Shown here one piece after another: positions 36,691 to 47,162 of a stretch of 64,000 nucleotides of DNA. A model generated the notes under the pieces. The model was not told the origin of the DNA and did no database searches. It saw nothing but the letters and a program-made list of their open reading frames with translations. The position numbers and the translations under genes were made by a program. Origin of the DNA: an uncultured Candidatus Saccharibacteria bacterium (lineage in GTDB: Bacteria > Patescibacteriota > Minisyncoccia > Phycocordibacterales > PALSA-1337); NCBI GenBank assembly GCA_964357605.1, contig CAYHLX010000003.1, positions 1,579 through 65,578 of the forward strand, given 5' to 3'. Position 1 is the first letter of the stretch. Each line of letters starts with the position of its first letter.

Positions 36691-37107
36691 ATGCCCACAA
36701 TCAATCAACTTGTGAAGAAAAGTCGCAAGCGCTTTATTCGAAAGTCAAAATCGGTAGCGCTGACGAAAAGTTTTAATACTATCAAAAACCGTCCTCGGTT
36801 TTTCCCATCTCCTTTCAAAAGAGGGGTGTGTGTGAAAGTGACTACCAAGACTCCCAAAAAGCCTAACTCCGCTATCCGAAAGATTGCTCGTGTTCGACTT
36901 TCCAACGGGATGGAGGTTACAGCCTATATTCCAGGAGAAGGACATTCACTTCAGGAACACTCCGTGGTTCTTCTTAGGGGTGGTCGTGTAAAGGACGTAG
37001 GACTTAGATACTCCGTTGTTCGAGGTGTACTTGATGCCGCTGGAGTAGAGAAGCGTCGAAAGGGTCGAAGTCAGTACGGAAACAAAAGACCAAAAGCTGC
37101 CAAATAG
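36691..37107 (+). CDS. rpsL: 30S ribosomal protein uS12
   Basis: [24 protein letters not shown]. Confidence 0.98.
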   Translation: MPTINQLVKKSRKRFIRKSKSVALTKSFNTIKNRPRFFPSPFKRGVCVKVTTKTPKKPNSAIRKIARVRLSNGMEVTAYIPGEGHSLQEHSVVLLRGGRVKDVGLRYSVVRGVLDAAGVEKRRKGRSQYGNKRPKAAK

Positions 37108-37131
37108 TCTTTCTATTTAATTTAAAATACC

Positions 37132-37599
37132 ATGAGAAGAAAAATAAAAAATAAAAATCCGGTCAGACCAGAATCTGTCTACGAATCACTAAAAGTGGCC
37201 AAACTTATCAACTACGTGATGGATTCAGGTAAAAAGACCATTGCGAGGAAAGTAGTCTATGATTGTTTCGTTTTCCTAAAGGAGAAAACTAAAACTGAAC
37301 CTTTGGAAGTTTTTGAACTAGCTCTCAAAAATACCACCCCAGCTATGGAAGTTCGTTCCAGACGAGTTGGTGGAGCAAACTACCAAGTTCCTCGAGAAGT
37401 TCGTCCAGAGAGGCAGAGATCTCTGTCTATGAAATGGATTGTGGAAGCCGCCAGAAGTAAGAAGGGTAAACCGATGCACGAAAAGTTGGCAGAAGAGATC
37501 ATTGCCGCCTCAAAGAATGAAGGAGAAGCCGTCAAGAAAAGAGAAAATACCCACAAGATGGCCGAAGCCAACAAAGCCTTTGCTCACTTTGCGTGGTAG
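37132..37599 (+). CDS. rpsG: 30S ribosomal protein uS7
   Basis: [23 protein letters not shown]. Confidence 0.98.
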   Translation: MRRKIKNKNPVRPESVYESLKVAKLINYVMDSGKKTIARKVVYDCFVFLKEKTKTEPLEVFELALKNTTPAMEVRSRRVGGANYQVPREVRPERQRSLSMKWIVEAARSKKGKPMHEKLAEEIIAASKNEGEAVKKRENTHKMAEANKAFAHFAW

Positions 37600-37646
37600 T
37601 TGTGTTCGTATGTTTCCATTTAGCACCTTATTATCTAATTTAATTT

Positions 37647-39812
37647 ATGCAAAGAGACTATCCACTAGAAAAAGTTCGTAATTTTGGGATTATCGCCCAT
37701 ATCGACGCTGGAAAAACTACTACTTCAGAGCGTATTCTGTATTATACCGGTGAAATTCATAAAATCGGAGAGGTGCACGATGGTGCTACTACCACTGACT
37801 GGATGGAACAGGAACGAGAACGAGGCATCACTATTACCGCGGCGGCTATTACTTGTTTTTGGAATCCAACTTATATGCGAGGTCTTGTCGGAGCAGATGG
37901 CAAGCCTGACATGAGTAAGAAGCATCGCTTCAACATCATCGATACACCAGGGCATATTGACTTTACGGTGGAGGTGAAGCGATCCCTGCGAGTGCTCGAC
38001 GGTGCAGTTGTCGTTTTTGATGGAGTAGCTGGAGTAGAGCCTCAATCTGAGACCAACTGGAGATATGCAGACGAAGGAAATGTACCCCGACTCTGTTTTG
38101 TGAACAAAATGGACCGTACAGGAGCCTCTTTTGAAAAATCGTTCGCTTCAATTCTAGAACGGCTCAATAAGAATGCGATTCGATTCCAGCTTCCTATTGG
38201 TCTGGAAGGAGAACATGAGGGAGTGGTTGATCTTTTGAAAATGAAAGCTTACTTTTTTGATGGTGAAAAAGGGATTAATGTTATTGAAAAGGAAATTCCT
38301 GAAAATCTACTCGCCGATGCCAAGAAATACCGCGCCGAGCTTGTCGAGAAGGTTTCTGAACATGATGATGTGGCCATGCAAGCATATCTTGAAGGAAAGG
38401 AACTCTCTGTCGAAGAGCTTAAGAAAGTTATTAGAAAAGCGGTTATCGCCAACAAGATTTTTCCGGTCTTTACTGGTTCAGCTCTAAAAAATGTTGGTGT
38501 TCAGCTTGTTCTAGATGCCGTGGTTGATTATCTTCCATCTCCTCTAGATATTCCTGCGGTCAAAGCAACTGATGTGAATACTGGCGAACAAGTTCTTCGT
38601 CATGCGTCTGATGAAGAACCATTTACCGCTCTGGCTTTCAAATTACAGAATGATCCCTTTGTTGGACAGCTCACTTTCTTCCGTGTTTATTCTGGAACGA
38701 TTGAGTCTGGAACATATATTTATAATGCGACAACTGGTAAGAAGGAGAGACTAGGACGTATCGTGCGACTCCAGGCCAATGATCGAGAAGAAGTAAAAAA
38801 GGTTTTTGCGGGAGAAATTGCTGCCGCTGTAGGTATCAAAGATGCGCTAACCTCCCATACTTTCAGTGATGAGAATCACCCAGTTCTTTTAGAGGTTATC
38901 AAATTCCTTGATCCGGTGGTTTCTCTACGTATTGAACCAAAGACCAAGGCTGATCAGGAAAAAATGGGTATGGCTTTACGAAAGCTTGCCAACGAAGACC
39001 CTACTTTCAAAATTTCTTCTAACTCCGAGACTGGCGAAACTCTTATTGCAGGTATGGGTGAGCTTCATCTAGAAATTATGATTGATCGTATGAAGAGAGA
39101 GTTCGGGGTAGAAGCTAATGTTGGTAAGCCACAAGTGGCCTACAGAGAGACTATTCTTGGCACAGCTGAAGCTGAACACAAGTACGTCAAACAGTCTGGA
39201 GGTAAGGGTCAGTATGGTCACGTTAAGATCACTCTCAAACCCCTCGAGCCTCTCGTACCAGGTGCAAAGATCCCTAAAAATGTCAGTCGTTATGACGATT
39301 TTGAATTCATTAACTCTATCAAGGGAGGTGTGATTCCAATAGAATTTATTCCTGCCGTTGAAAAGGGGGTTCATGAAGCGATGGATCGTGGTATTGTGGC
39401 TGGTTATCGTATGGTCAATGTTTCTTGTGAACTCACTTATGGTAGTTATCACGATGTTGACTCATCCGAAATTGCCTATAAGATTGCCGCTTCTCAGGCC
39501 TTTCAAGAAGGAGCCAAGAGAGCAAAACCTGTTATTCTCGAGCCTATTATGAAGCTCGAAGTTCTTTTTCCAGACAAGTTCATGGGAGATGTCACAGGCA
39601 GTATTTCTTCAAAGAGAGGAACGATCGAAGAAATGACCGAAAGGGGCCAAGCCAAGGTTCTCCACGCCAAAGTTCCTTTGTCAGAAATGTTTGGTTACAC
39701 CACACAACTAAGATCTATGACCTCAGGACAGGGAAGTGCGACCATGGAATTTGATCATTATGAAGTTGTCCCACCTAACGTCGAGAAGACGATCGTGGAG
39801 GCGAGGAAGTAG
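37647..39812 (+). CDS. fusA: Elongation factor G
   Basis: AHIDAGKTT, ERGITI, DTPGH, NKMD, GMGELHL. Confidence 0.98.
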   Translation: MQRDYPLEKVRNFGIIAHIDAGKTTTSERILYYTGEIHKIGEVHDGATTTDWMEQERERGITITAAAITCFWNPTYMRGLVGADGKPDMSKKHRFNIIDTPGHIDFTVEVKRSLRVLDGAVVVFDGVAGVEPQSETNWRYADEGNVPRLCFVNKMDRTGASFEKSFASILERLNKNAIRFQLPIGLEGEHEGVVDLLKMKAYFFDGEKGINVIEKEIPENLLADAKKYRAELVEKVSEHDDVAMQAYLEGKELSVEELKKVIRKAVIANKIFPVFTGSALKNVGVQLVLDAVVDYLPSPLDIPAVKATDVNTGEQVLRHASDEEPFTALAFKLQNDPFVGQLTFFRVYSGTIESGTYIYNATTGKKERLGRIVRLQANDREEVKKVFAGEIAAAVGIKDALTSHTFSDENHPVLLEVIKFLDPVVSLRIEPKTKADQEKMGMALRKLANEDPTFKISSNSETGETLIAGMGELHLEIMIDRMKREFGVEANVGKPQVAYRETILGTAEAEHKYVKQSGGKGQYGHVKITLKPLEPLVPGAKIPKNVSRYDDFEFINSIKGGVIPIEFIPAVEKGVHEAMDRGIVAGYRMVNVSCELTYGSYHDVDSSEIAYKIAASQAFQEGAKRAKPVILEPIMKLEVLFPDKFMGDVTGSISSKRGTIEEMTERGQAKVLHAKVPLSEMFGYTTQLRSMTSGQGSATMEFDHYEVVPPNVEKTIVEARK

Positions 39813-40610
39813 TTATCTCGGAAATTCTTCCACTAATTCATTAGAATCATAAAATGATTGAGCAAGACCACCGAAACTGTAGGTGGTTTTGTTTATTTCT
39901 ATCTCTGCTCCGCCTAATTGGGGACTATTGTGAGGTTTTGAATTAGCAAAACCTATATTGAAAAGGGTAGCTACGATTCCTGGCCTGTTATGTATTGGAA
40001 AACCAACTTTTTCCCATTGAGTTTCAAGTTGTTTGATCAAGATGGCTGAATATAAGTATGAATAGTATCGGTTATCTTCGTCAGTTAATCGTAAGAAGCG
40101 TTCATTGTCTGGGTTGTTTGTTGTAAAATCTAGGATTTTTTCATATTTTTTACCTAAATACCAAGGAGAATCAGGGTTTTTTAGGTTATTCTCGATTTTC
40201 CTGGCGGTTTCCTGCTTGATACCCATGACACCCCAGGAAAACTGACTCTGATTGCCTAAAATCTTAAGTGGGGCAAAGATACTTTTGAAAATCTCTCTTT
40301 CCGAATGAAATAGGCGTAATTGTTCTACAACGAGAGGGGCCACGATCAGGCGTGAGGGGATTCCAGTCTCTTTTGCGACTTTTTCTATAGCTTCTTGATC
40401 TTTCAGTATGGCTTCTTTTAGAATTTGCCATTCTTCTCCCTTGGTCCACTCCAGATCATTCTTTTCTAGCTGTTCTTGGAAATAATCTCGCTGTTCATCT
40501 ACAATTCCCTCGGTATTGGTCCAACCAAACTCTACGGCAAGATAGACAAAAACTAAGATAAAACCTATAGCAGCAAAAATATATACTAAAATATGGAAAA
40601 CTTTCTTCAT
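39813..40610 (-). CDS. Membrane-anchored protein, possible lysozyme/transglycosylase-like fold
   Basis: N-terminal TM. VAKETGIPSRLIVAPLVVEQ, SWGVMGIK and TLFNIG resemble SLT motifs. Confidence 0.6.
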   Translation of the reverse strand: MKKVFHILVYIFAAIGFILVFVYLAVEFGWTNTEGIVDEQRDYFQEQLEKNDLEWTKGEEWQILKEAILKDQEAIEKVAKETGIPSRLIVAPLVVEQLRLFHSEREIFKSIFAPLKILGNQSQFSWGVMGIKQETARKIENNLKNPDSPWYLGKKYEKILDFTTNNPDNERFLRLTDEDNRYYSYLYSAILIKQLETQWEKVGFPIHNRPGIVATLFNIGFANSKPHNSPQLGGAEIEINKTTYSFGGLAQSFYDSNELVEEFPR

Positions 40611-40769
40611 ATATTTACTATATCATATGTGGATAACCACGTTTGCGCACCAGTGTCATCAGTGTATAATTGTGCACAAGAGTTTCTACTATCATATTGT
40701 GAAGGGGGGGGGATATGTTACAATATCTCCAGGTTTCTTTTGTTTCTCATTAAAAAATAAATTAAAAAA

Positions 40770-43748
40770 ATGTCATATAAAAAACAGGTTATTGCATACA
40801 TTGTTATTGTTGTAGCGATCTTTTCATTTAATATAAGTCAAACTTATGCCCAGGTGGTACCAACCTGTCCTGCTGGTTATATCTGTACACCCACAAATCC
40901 TCAACCAGTTGAATGCCCGCCTGGCTATGTTTGTGTACCGACCAACACTACTCCTTCTGGGGGTGGAGGTAGTAGTGGGGGTGGTGGAAGCAGTACAACA
41001 ACTACAGTCTTTTCAGATGCCAAAGTGACACTCAATAGAAACGTATTAGAACTTATCTATGATAATAGTCGTGGGGAATCGGCTCTAAAGGCGACATATT
41101 CTTTTTCCGTTACTGCTGCAACAAAAGATGTTTATATCTATAAAAATGGGGCTATAGGAGGTTTTATGAATCAGGATGGAGCAATTGTTGCGGTAGGTCC
41201 TATTGTTCCCACACTAGTTTCTGATTCCTTTGTAAGAACCTTGAATGATTCTGCTGGTAGGGAGCTTTACGTTGTTAATTCTGGTCAGACTGTCAAGTTT
41301 ACGGCTACAATTCAAACAAATCCTAAGCAAATGTTTGCTGGTACTTACAGAGGTGTCTTCCAGGCTATGTATGCAAATAATTCAGCTACTTATGGAGCTT
41401 CAGAGTTTAAACTTGAATTACCTAGAAATTATACAAATTCAAAGACGATTATAGGTGAGGTATCTCCTTATATCAGTTCTGTAGAAAATTCAACTACTCT
41501 CACCTCTGGAGCGATAGTGAATCTTAGGGGCCAGAGATTAAATAATTCTACTCTTAGACTAAATGGAATTGCTTCATCTGATACTCTAACTGTTTCAAGA
41601 GATGGTACAACTGCTAGATTTACTCTTCCTTCACATTCAGATGGACGATATTATCTATCTCTATACAATTCAACAACAGGAGAAAGTAACAGAGTCTACT
41701 TTAGTGTGGGGAATCCTGATAAAGGTACGGTGTCCGTGATTAGTCCAAATGGAGGAGAAACTATCAATCTAAGTAATGATTGGGTGGTTACTTTCAAGCC
41801 GATACGAGGAGCAAAACACTGGGTTAATTTGGTAGATGAATCTAGAGATCATTCCTATGCAATCAATAATATCTATAACCCTGATCTCATTGGAGAAGCA
41901 TCAGATAGGCAATCGCTAGTCATAAAGGGAGGTATGTTTAGTCACTACAACATTATTCCTGGATCTAAGTTCAAAATTGAAATTTGTGCAAACAGTATCT
42001 GTGATAAAAGTGATGATGTTTTTGTAATTACAAATTCAACTCAACCAACTACATACGGTGAAACTGAAACATTCACTAAAAGATTTTACGTTAGTGATTC
42101 ATCAATACCAAGCACTATTTCTATAGCGGCAGATAATCAGTATGTAATATCTTTGAATGGTGCAACTGTTGATTCAAGTGTTGGAGATTGGAATTTCAAT
42201 TCTGTCCATTCACGTAATCTCGCAGGGTATCTTATGGGCGGACGTGAGAATACTCTCGAGATCAAAGTATTCAACAATTATGCCACTGGCGCATCTCAGA
42301 CAGGTTTAGGTAATCCTGCTGGACTGATCTACAAGATCACTCAAGGTAGCAACATTCTTGCCTCAAGTGATGGGTCAGAGTCCACATCAGGAGGGCGAGC
42401 TGTTGTTCTTTCTCAAAACGATCCTTCATGGATAAAGATTGATGGAGCAAAATGGATCTGGAATAAAGATTATTATGCAGGGACTGGAGGACCGGTTACA
42501 CCTACTCAAAGGTGTGAAATTACTGCACGTGTCGCAAAAACTTATTCAGCAGGTGATAATTCATGGGGATTTTATGTAGTAGTGGATTCAAAAAACAAAC
42601 CAGCTAATTCAAATGGTTGGACGGCTAATTTCGAAGGCTATGTACCACAAATAACTTCTTACGGAGTAGAGAAGCTCTATGGAAATTTCTTCAGCAGTTC
42701 AGGACAACTACAATTTACAGCAAGGGATCAAGTTGATAGTAACTGTTCAAATACAATTACAGTTTATCCACCTCCATCAACTCCTACACCAATTGTTTCT
42801 ACGCCAGTTCTAAGTTCTATCTCCTCAACCTCTATTTCTCCAGGAGAGTGGTTAACAATTTATGGTTCCGGATTTCTTAGTAAATATACAGTAGTTTCAT
42901 TTATTGGTTCTGATTTTCCTTCTCATAGCCCTAACTCGGTTTCAAGCGATGGTACCACCCTTAGTATAATCGTACCTCACGGAATACCTTCTGGTGCCTA
43001 TGCGGTATCTGTTGTGAATTTGAAAGACGGAAGTCGTCTAAATAGTGCACGATCCATACCACTGAGTGTTCGTTCTTCAACCCCAACTCCCGTCCCAACT
43101 GTTTCTATTTCCGTATCTCCTACGGTAGTTACTACTGATGATAGTGTGAGAGTCACATGGTCTTCTACAAACGCCACCTCATGTATTGGAACTGGATTCT
43201 CTACATACAATCAAACTAGCGGCAGTCAAACTGTAAGGAATATTGGTAACCCAGGAAACGTAACTTATCATATCTCTTGTGTTAATAGTGCTGGAGTTTC
43301 AACAAAATCATCTGCGACATTCACGGTTACTTCTCCAACAGTTACTCCTACTCCAACCCCCACCCCTACTCCGACGACCACTCAAACCCCAGTACCAGCT
43401 CCAACTGCCACCTTCACCATTAACGGACAGAAAAGCTATACCTATAATGTCGGTGAGACAAATAACTATGTCTGGTCATCTACAAATGCCGACAGATTTT
43501 CCTCAAGCTACACTTCTACCGGAGGAAGTGTTTGTGGGGGAGGATCATGGGTAGCAAATACCGCTAGTGGCTCATCACGTTCATATATCTCAAGTGCTTA
43601 TGCTGGATGTACTTGGACGGTAACATACACAGCCACAAATAGTCAGACAGGACAATCTGCTTCTGACACTGTTGTTGTAAAAGTAAACCCTCTCACCACC
43701 AGCACTTCATCAGTCTGGGATGCGATAAAAAATATCTTCTCAAGATAG
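40770..43748 (+). CDS. Large secreted mosaic surface protein (CPxGYxC repeats, Ig/IPT-like and lectin-like domains, PT linkers)
   Basis: Signal peptide, CPAGYIC/CPPGYVC, SPNGGE, ADN..GNPAGL, TIYGSGF, WSSTNA repeats. Confidence 0.85.
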   Translation: MSYKKQVIAYIVIVVAIFSFNISQTYAQVVPTCPAGYICTPTNPQPVECPPGYVCVPTNTTPSGGGGSSGGGGSSTTTTVFSDAKVTLNRNVLELIYDNSRGESALKATYSFSVTAATKDVYIYKNGAIGGFMNQDGAIVAVGPIVPTLVSDSFVRTLNDSAGRELYVVNSGQTVKFTATIQTNPKQMFAGTYRGVFQAMYANNSATYGASEFKLELPRNYTNSKTIIGEVSPYISSVENSTTLTSGAIVNLRGQRLNNSTLRLNGIASSDTLTVSRDGTTARFTLPSHSDGRYYLSLYNSTTGESNRVYFSVGNPDKGTVSVISPNGGETINLSNDWVVTFKPIRGAKHWVNLVDESRDHSYAINNIYNPDLIGEASDRQSLVIKGGMFSHYNIIPGSKFKIEICANSICDKSDDVFVITNSTQPTTYGETETFTKRFYVSDSSIPSTISIAADNQYVISLNGATVDSSVGDWNFNSVHSRNLAGYLMGGRENTLEIKVFNNYATGASQTGLGNPAGLIYKITQGSNILASSDGSESTSGGRAVVLSQNDPSWIKIDGAKWIWNKDYYAGTGGPVTPTQRCEITARVAKTYSAGDNSWGFYVVVDSKNKPANSNGWTANFEGYVPQITSYGVEKLYGNFFSSSGQLQFTARDQVDSNCSNTITVYPPPSTPTPIVSTPVLSSISSTSISPGEWLTIYGSGFLSKYTVVSFIGSDFPSHSPNSVSSDGTTLSIIVPHGIPSGAYAVSVVNLKDGSRLNSARSIPLSVRSSTPTPVPTVSISVSPTVVTTDDSVRVTWSSTNATSCIGTGFSTYNQTSGSQTVRNIGNPGNVTYHISCVNSAGVSTKSSATFTVTSPTVTPTPTPTPTPTTTQTPVPAPTATFTINGQKSYTYNVGETNNYVWSSTNADRFSSSYTSTGGSVCGGGSWVANTASGSSRSYISSAYAGCTWTVTYTATNSQTGQSASDTVVVKVNPLTTSTSSVWDAIKNIFSR

Positions 43749-43764
43749 GTAAAACTCCTAAAAT

Positions 43765-43793
43765 TTGACAGAAGACTGCGTACTTGCTAGTAT
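43765..43793 (+). promoter_or_regulatory. Promoter of tuf and the S10 cluster
   Basis: TTGACA-17-TAGTAT with extended -10, overlapped by the ACTGCGTA..TACGCAGT inverted repeat. Confidence 0.7.
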
Positions 43794-43916
43794 AGCCATT
43801 ACGCAGTTTTCTTGCGTTGGTGTTTTTATTTAATAGTATTTAATAATTTATCTTTGGTTCTATACGGCATGGTCTCTTCACGCCCATACCACATAGAGTC
43901 AAAGCGCTAAAAACAT

Positions 43917-45104
43917 ATGGCAGCAGAATTTAATCGTACAAAGCCGCACGTTAATGTCGGCACCATTGGTCACGTTGACCACGGAAAGACTACTCTTACC
44001 ACATCTATCCTAGCCGTTCAGGCCAAGGATGGTCTTGCTCAAAACAAGGCTTATGCAGACATTGCAAAAGGAGGTACTGTTCGCGATGCCTCAAAGATCG
44101 TGACCATTTCTCTAGCACACGTAGAATACGAGTCAGAAGCTCGACACTACGCTCACATTGATGCCCCAGGTCACGCAGACTATATAAAGAACATGATTAC
44201 AGGTGCCGCTCAAATGGACGGTGCTATTCTCGTTGTTTCTGCTACAGACGGTGTGATGCCACAGACTCGTGAACATGTTCTTCTTGCAAAACAAGTCGGT
44301 GTTCCTAAGGTTGTCGTTTTCCTTAACAAGTGCGACATGGTCGCTGAAAAAGATCTTCTAGATCTAGTTGAAGAAGAAGTGAGAGATCTCCTTACAAAGA
44401 ATGGATTTGACGGAAAGGGAGTTCCTGTTATCAGAGGCTCAGCTCTAAAGGCTCTCGAAGGAGAAGCTGGAGGAGTAAAGAGTATAAAAGATTTGATGAA
44501 TGCTCTCGACACATATATTCCTACACCAGTGCGTGAAGTTGATAAGCCATTCCTGATGCCTATCGAAGATATTTTCTCTATTGAAGGACGAGGAACAGTG
44601 GTTACTGGACGTATAGAAAGAGGAATGGTGAAAGTTGGAGAAGAAGTTGAAATCATTGGTTTCAAAGACACTTCAAAAACTACCATTACTGGTATCGAAA
44701 TGTTTAACAAATCTCTAAAGGAAGGTATGGCAGGAGATAATGCCGGACTTCTTCTACGAGGAACTGGAAAGGACGATGTTACTCGAGGTATGGTTCTAGC
44801 AAAATCTGGCTCTGTTAAGCCACATACAGAATTTGAAGCGGAGGTCTATATTTTGAAGAAAGAGGAGGGAGGACGACACACCCCATTTTTTACTGGATAT
44901 AAACCTCAGTTCTACATTCGAACAACAGATGTTACTGGAGAGGTAACACTAGCTACTGGAGTTGAAATGGTGATGCCAGGAGATACTGTTACTTTCAAAG
45001 TAAAGCTTGTAGCGCCAGTGGCTCTTGATGCACAACAGCGATTTGCCATCCGAGAGGGTGGAAAGACAGTGGGCGCAGGAGTGGTAACCAAGATCACCGC
45101 TTAA
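43917..45104 (+). CDS. tuf: Elongation factor Tu with atypical switch I
   Basis: [30 protein letters not shown]. Confidence 0.98.
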   Translation: MAAEFNRTKPHVNVGTIGHVDHGKTTLTTSILAVQAKDGLAQNKAYADIAKGGTVRDASKIVTISLAHVEYESEARHYAHIDAPGHADYIKNMITGAAQMDGAILVVSATDGVMPQTREHVLLAKQVGVPKVVVFLNKCDMVAEKDLLDLVEEEVRDLLTKNGFDGKGVPVIRGSALKALEGEAGGVKSIKDLMNALDTYIPTPVREVDKPFLMPIEDIFSIEGRGTVVTGRIERGMVKVGEEVEIIGFKDTSKTTITGIEMFNKSLKEGMAGDNAGLLLRGTGKDDVTRGMVLAKSGSVKPHTEFEAEVYILKKEEGGRHTPFFTGYKPQFYIRTTDVTGEVTLATGVEMVMPGDTVTFKVKLVAPVALDAQQRFAIREGGKTVGAGVVTKITA

Positions 45105-45114
45105 TATCATTACT

Positions 45115-45492
45115 ATGGCCACCGCTTCAAAAGAAACAACAAAGAAGACTCCAAAATCTCGTACAAAAGTACAGAAGGTTGGAGAAAATCCCAGACTTCG
45201 TATCAGAGTTAGAGCCTATGAGCATAAAATTCTTGATGCATCTTTGAAGCAGATTATGGATACGGCTATACGATATGATGTTCAGTTTTATGGACCCATT
45301 CCGCTTCCTACAGAAATAAAGAAGTATACCGTAAATCGTTCGGCATTTGTGTTTAAGAATGCTCGAGAACAATTTGAAATGAGAGTCCATAAGCGTTTGA
45401 TAGATATTTTAAACCCAAACCAGAAAATTATTGAAGCTCTTACCAATCTATCTCTTCCTTCTGGTGTAAACATCGATGTGAAGATGATGTAG
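45115..45492 (+). CDS. rpsJ: 30S ribosomal protein uS10
   Basis: GPIPLPT, REQFEMRVHKRLID. Confidence 0.97.
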   Translation: MATASKETTKKTPKSRTKVQKVGENPRLRIRVRAYEHKILDASLKQIMDTAIRYDVQFYGPIPLPTEIKKYTVNRSAFVFKNAREQFEMRVHKRLIDILNPNQKIIEALTNLSLPSGVNIDVKMM

Positions 45493-45517
45493 TTTCTGTA
45501 AGATAGAAAACACTGAT

Positions 45518-46123
45518 ATGAAATTTATTCTTGGAAGAAAATTATACATGACACAAATCTTTGATAAAGAAGGCGTGGTTCGTCCTGCCACACTTGTTGA
45601 AGCTTCTCCTGTCGTGGTAACTCAAGTGAAAACTGAAAAAACAGATGGTTACAGCGCTCTTCAAGTTGCTTCTGGAGAAAAGAAAATTGCAAACCTAAAC
45701 AAGGCCATGAAAGGTCATGTAAAAGACCTTGGGGCATTTGCTTCTATCAGAGAATTCAGAATAGATCCTGTGACTCACAAGGTAGGAGATAAGATTGAGC
45801 TTACCCAATTCAAAGAAGGTGATACCATCGAGGTTAGCGCTCTCTCAAAGGGCAAGGGATTCCAAGGTGTGGTTAAGAGACATGGTTTCGGTGGAGGACC
45901 TAGAACTCACGGTCAAAAGCATTCTGAGAGAGAGCCAGGTTCTATCGGTGGAGGTTTGAGAAACAAAGTTCCCAAGAAGATGAGAATGGCCGGTAGAATG
46001 GGAGGAGATCGCATCACTGTGAAGAATCTAAAGGTCCTTCATATTGACGGAAATACCAATACCCTCTATATTTCAGGGGCTATTCCAGGTCGTAGAGGAA
46101 CTCTAGTAGAGATCATTGGCTAA
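45518..46123 (+). CDS. rplC: 50S ribosomal protein uL3
   Basis: SKGKGFQGVVKRH, MAGRMG. Confidence 0.97.
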   Translation: MKFILGRKLYMTQIFDKEGVVRPATLVEASPVVVTQVKTEKTDGYSALQVASGEKKIANLNKAMKGHVKDLGAFASIREFRIDPVTHKVGDKIELTQFKEGDTIEVSALSKGKGFQGVVKRHGFGGGPRTHGQKHSEREPGSIGGGLRNKVPKKMRMAGRMGGDRITVKNLKVLHIDGNTNTLYISGAIPGRRGTLVEIIG

Positions 46124-46133
46124 TTAAATCAAT

Positions 46134-46787
46134 ATGGAAACTACTGTATACAATCAAAAAGGCAAAGAAGCTGGAAAAATCGAATTACCCGAGACTGTTT
46201 TTGGCTTGTCTTGGAATGCTGACTTGGTTCATCAGGTTGTTGTAGCGATGACTTCAAGTATGAGAGATTCTATAGCTCATACCAAGACTCGTGGAGAAGT
46301 TCGTGGTGGAGGAAAGAAACCTTGGCAACAGAAGGGAACTGGTCGTGCTCGACACGGCTCATCTCGATCACCGATCTGGGTTGGTGGAGGTGTGGCTCAC
46401 GGTCCTCGAAGTGATAAGAATTATGATCGAAAGGTGAACAAGAAGGCCAAAACAAAAGCCCTCTACACTATTCTTTCAAAGAAGTTCCGTGATGGCGAGA
46501 TCCTTGTTGTAGATTCTCTAGCTTTCACCGCCCCAAAGGCTAAGGAGGCAAAGGTGACCTTGCTATCTCTCTCAAAGGTGAAGGGATTTGAAAAACTTGG
46601 TACAAAGCCAAAGAATGCTGCCATTATTGCGATAGACAAGAAATACCCTGAAGTTATAAAGAGTTTTGGAAACTTTGGAAATGTTTCTGTAGAGGAACTG
46701 CGAAATATTAATCCAGTCTCAGTGCTTAACCATAAGTATCTAGTGATTACCAACCCAAAAGAGTCACTGAAGATTTTTAATCAATAA
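46134..46787 (+). CDS. rplD: 50S ribosomal protein uL4
   Basis: [15 protein letters not shown]. Confidence 0.97.
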   Translation: METTVYNQKGKEAGKIELPETVFGLSWNADLVHQVVVAMTSSMRDSIAHTKTRGEVRGGGKKPWQQKGTGRARHGSSRSPIWVGGGVAHGPRSDKNYDRKVNKKAKTKALYTILSKKFRDGEILVVDSLAFTAPKAKEAKVTLLSLSKVKGFEKLGTKPKNAAIIAIDKKYPEVIKSFGNFGNVSVEELRNINPVSVLNHKYLVITNPKESLKIFNQ

Positions 46788-46792
46788 ATATT

Positions 46793-47152
46793 ATGGCTCT
46801 CTTTGGATCAAAAAAGAAAAAAGTAGAAAAGGTAGAAAAAGTCGTGGCGATTCGTGCGTCTTCTTCATCTGTAAACATTTCTAAAGATATTATCATTCGT
46901 CCTCGTATTACAGAGAAGTCAGGATTGGCCAACGAAGCTCTAAATATCTATACATTTGAAGTTGTGAAATCAGCCACTAAGGATGTAATTATCAGAGCTA
47001 TTAAAAATATCTACAAGGTAAATCCTATAAAGGTCAGAACCATCACTCTTCCTTCAAAAAATGTTTTTAATAGAGGACGAAAAGGGGTAACACCAGGAGT
47101 TAAAAAGGCTCTGGTCTACCTAAAGAAGGGAGACAAGATTGAATTTGCCTAA
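46793..47152 (+). CDS. rplW: 50S ribosomal protein uL23
   Basis: PRITEKS, KKALVYL, operon position. Confidence 0.95.
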   Translation: MALFGSKKKKVEKVEKVVAIRASSSSVNISKDIIIRPRITEKSGLANEALNIYTFEVVKSATKDVIIRAIKNIYKVNPIKVRTITLPSKNVFNRGRKGVTPGVKKALVYLKKGDKIEFA

Positions 47153-47162
47153 TATTATTATC

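Noticed and set aside
40628-40680. Replication origin suggested by a DnaA box
   Set aside because: Only one perfect box and one weak one, with no dnaA/dnaN or box cluster.
43340-43405. Tandem repeat or CRISPR-like pattern
   Set aside because: It is the coding Pro-Thr linker of the surface protein. No repeat-spacer array was seen anywhere in the window.
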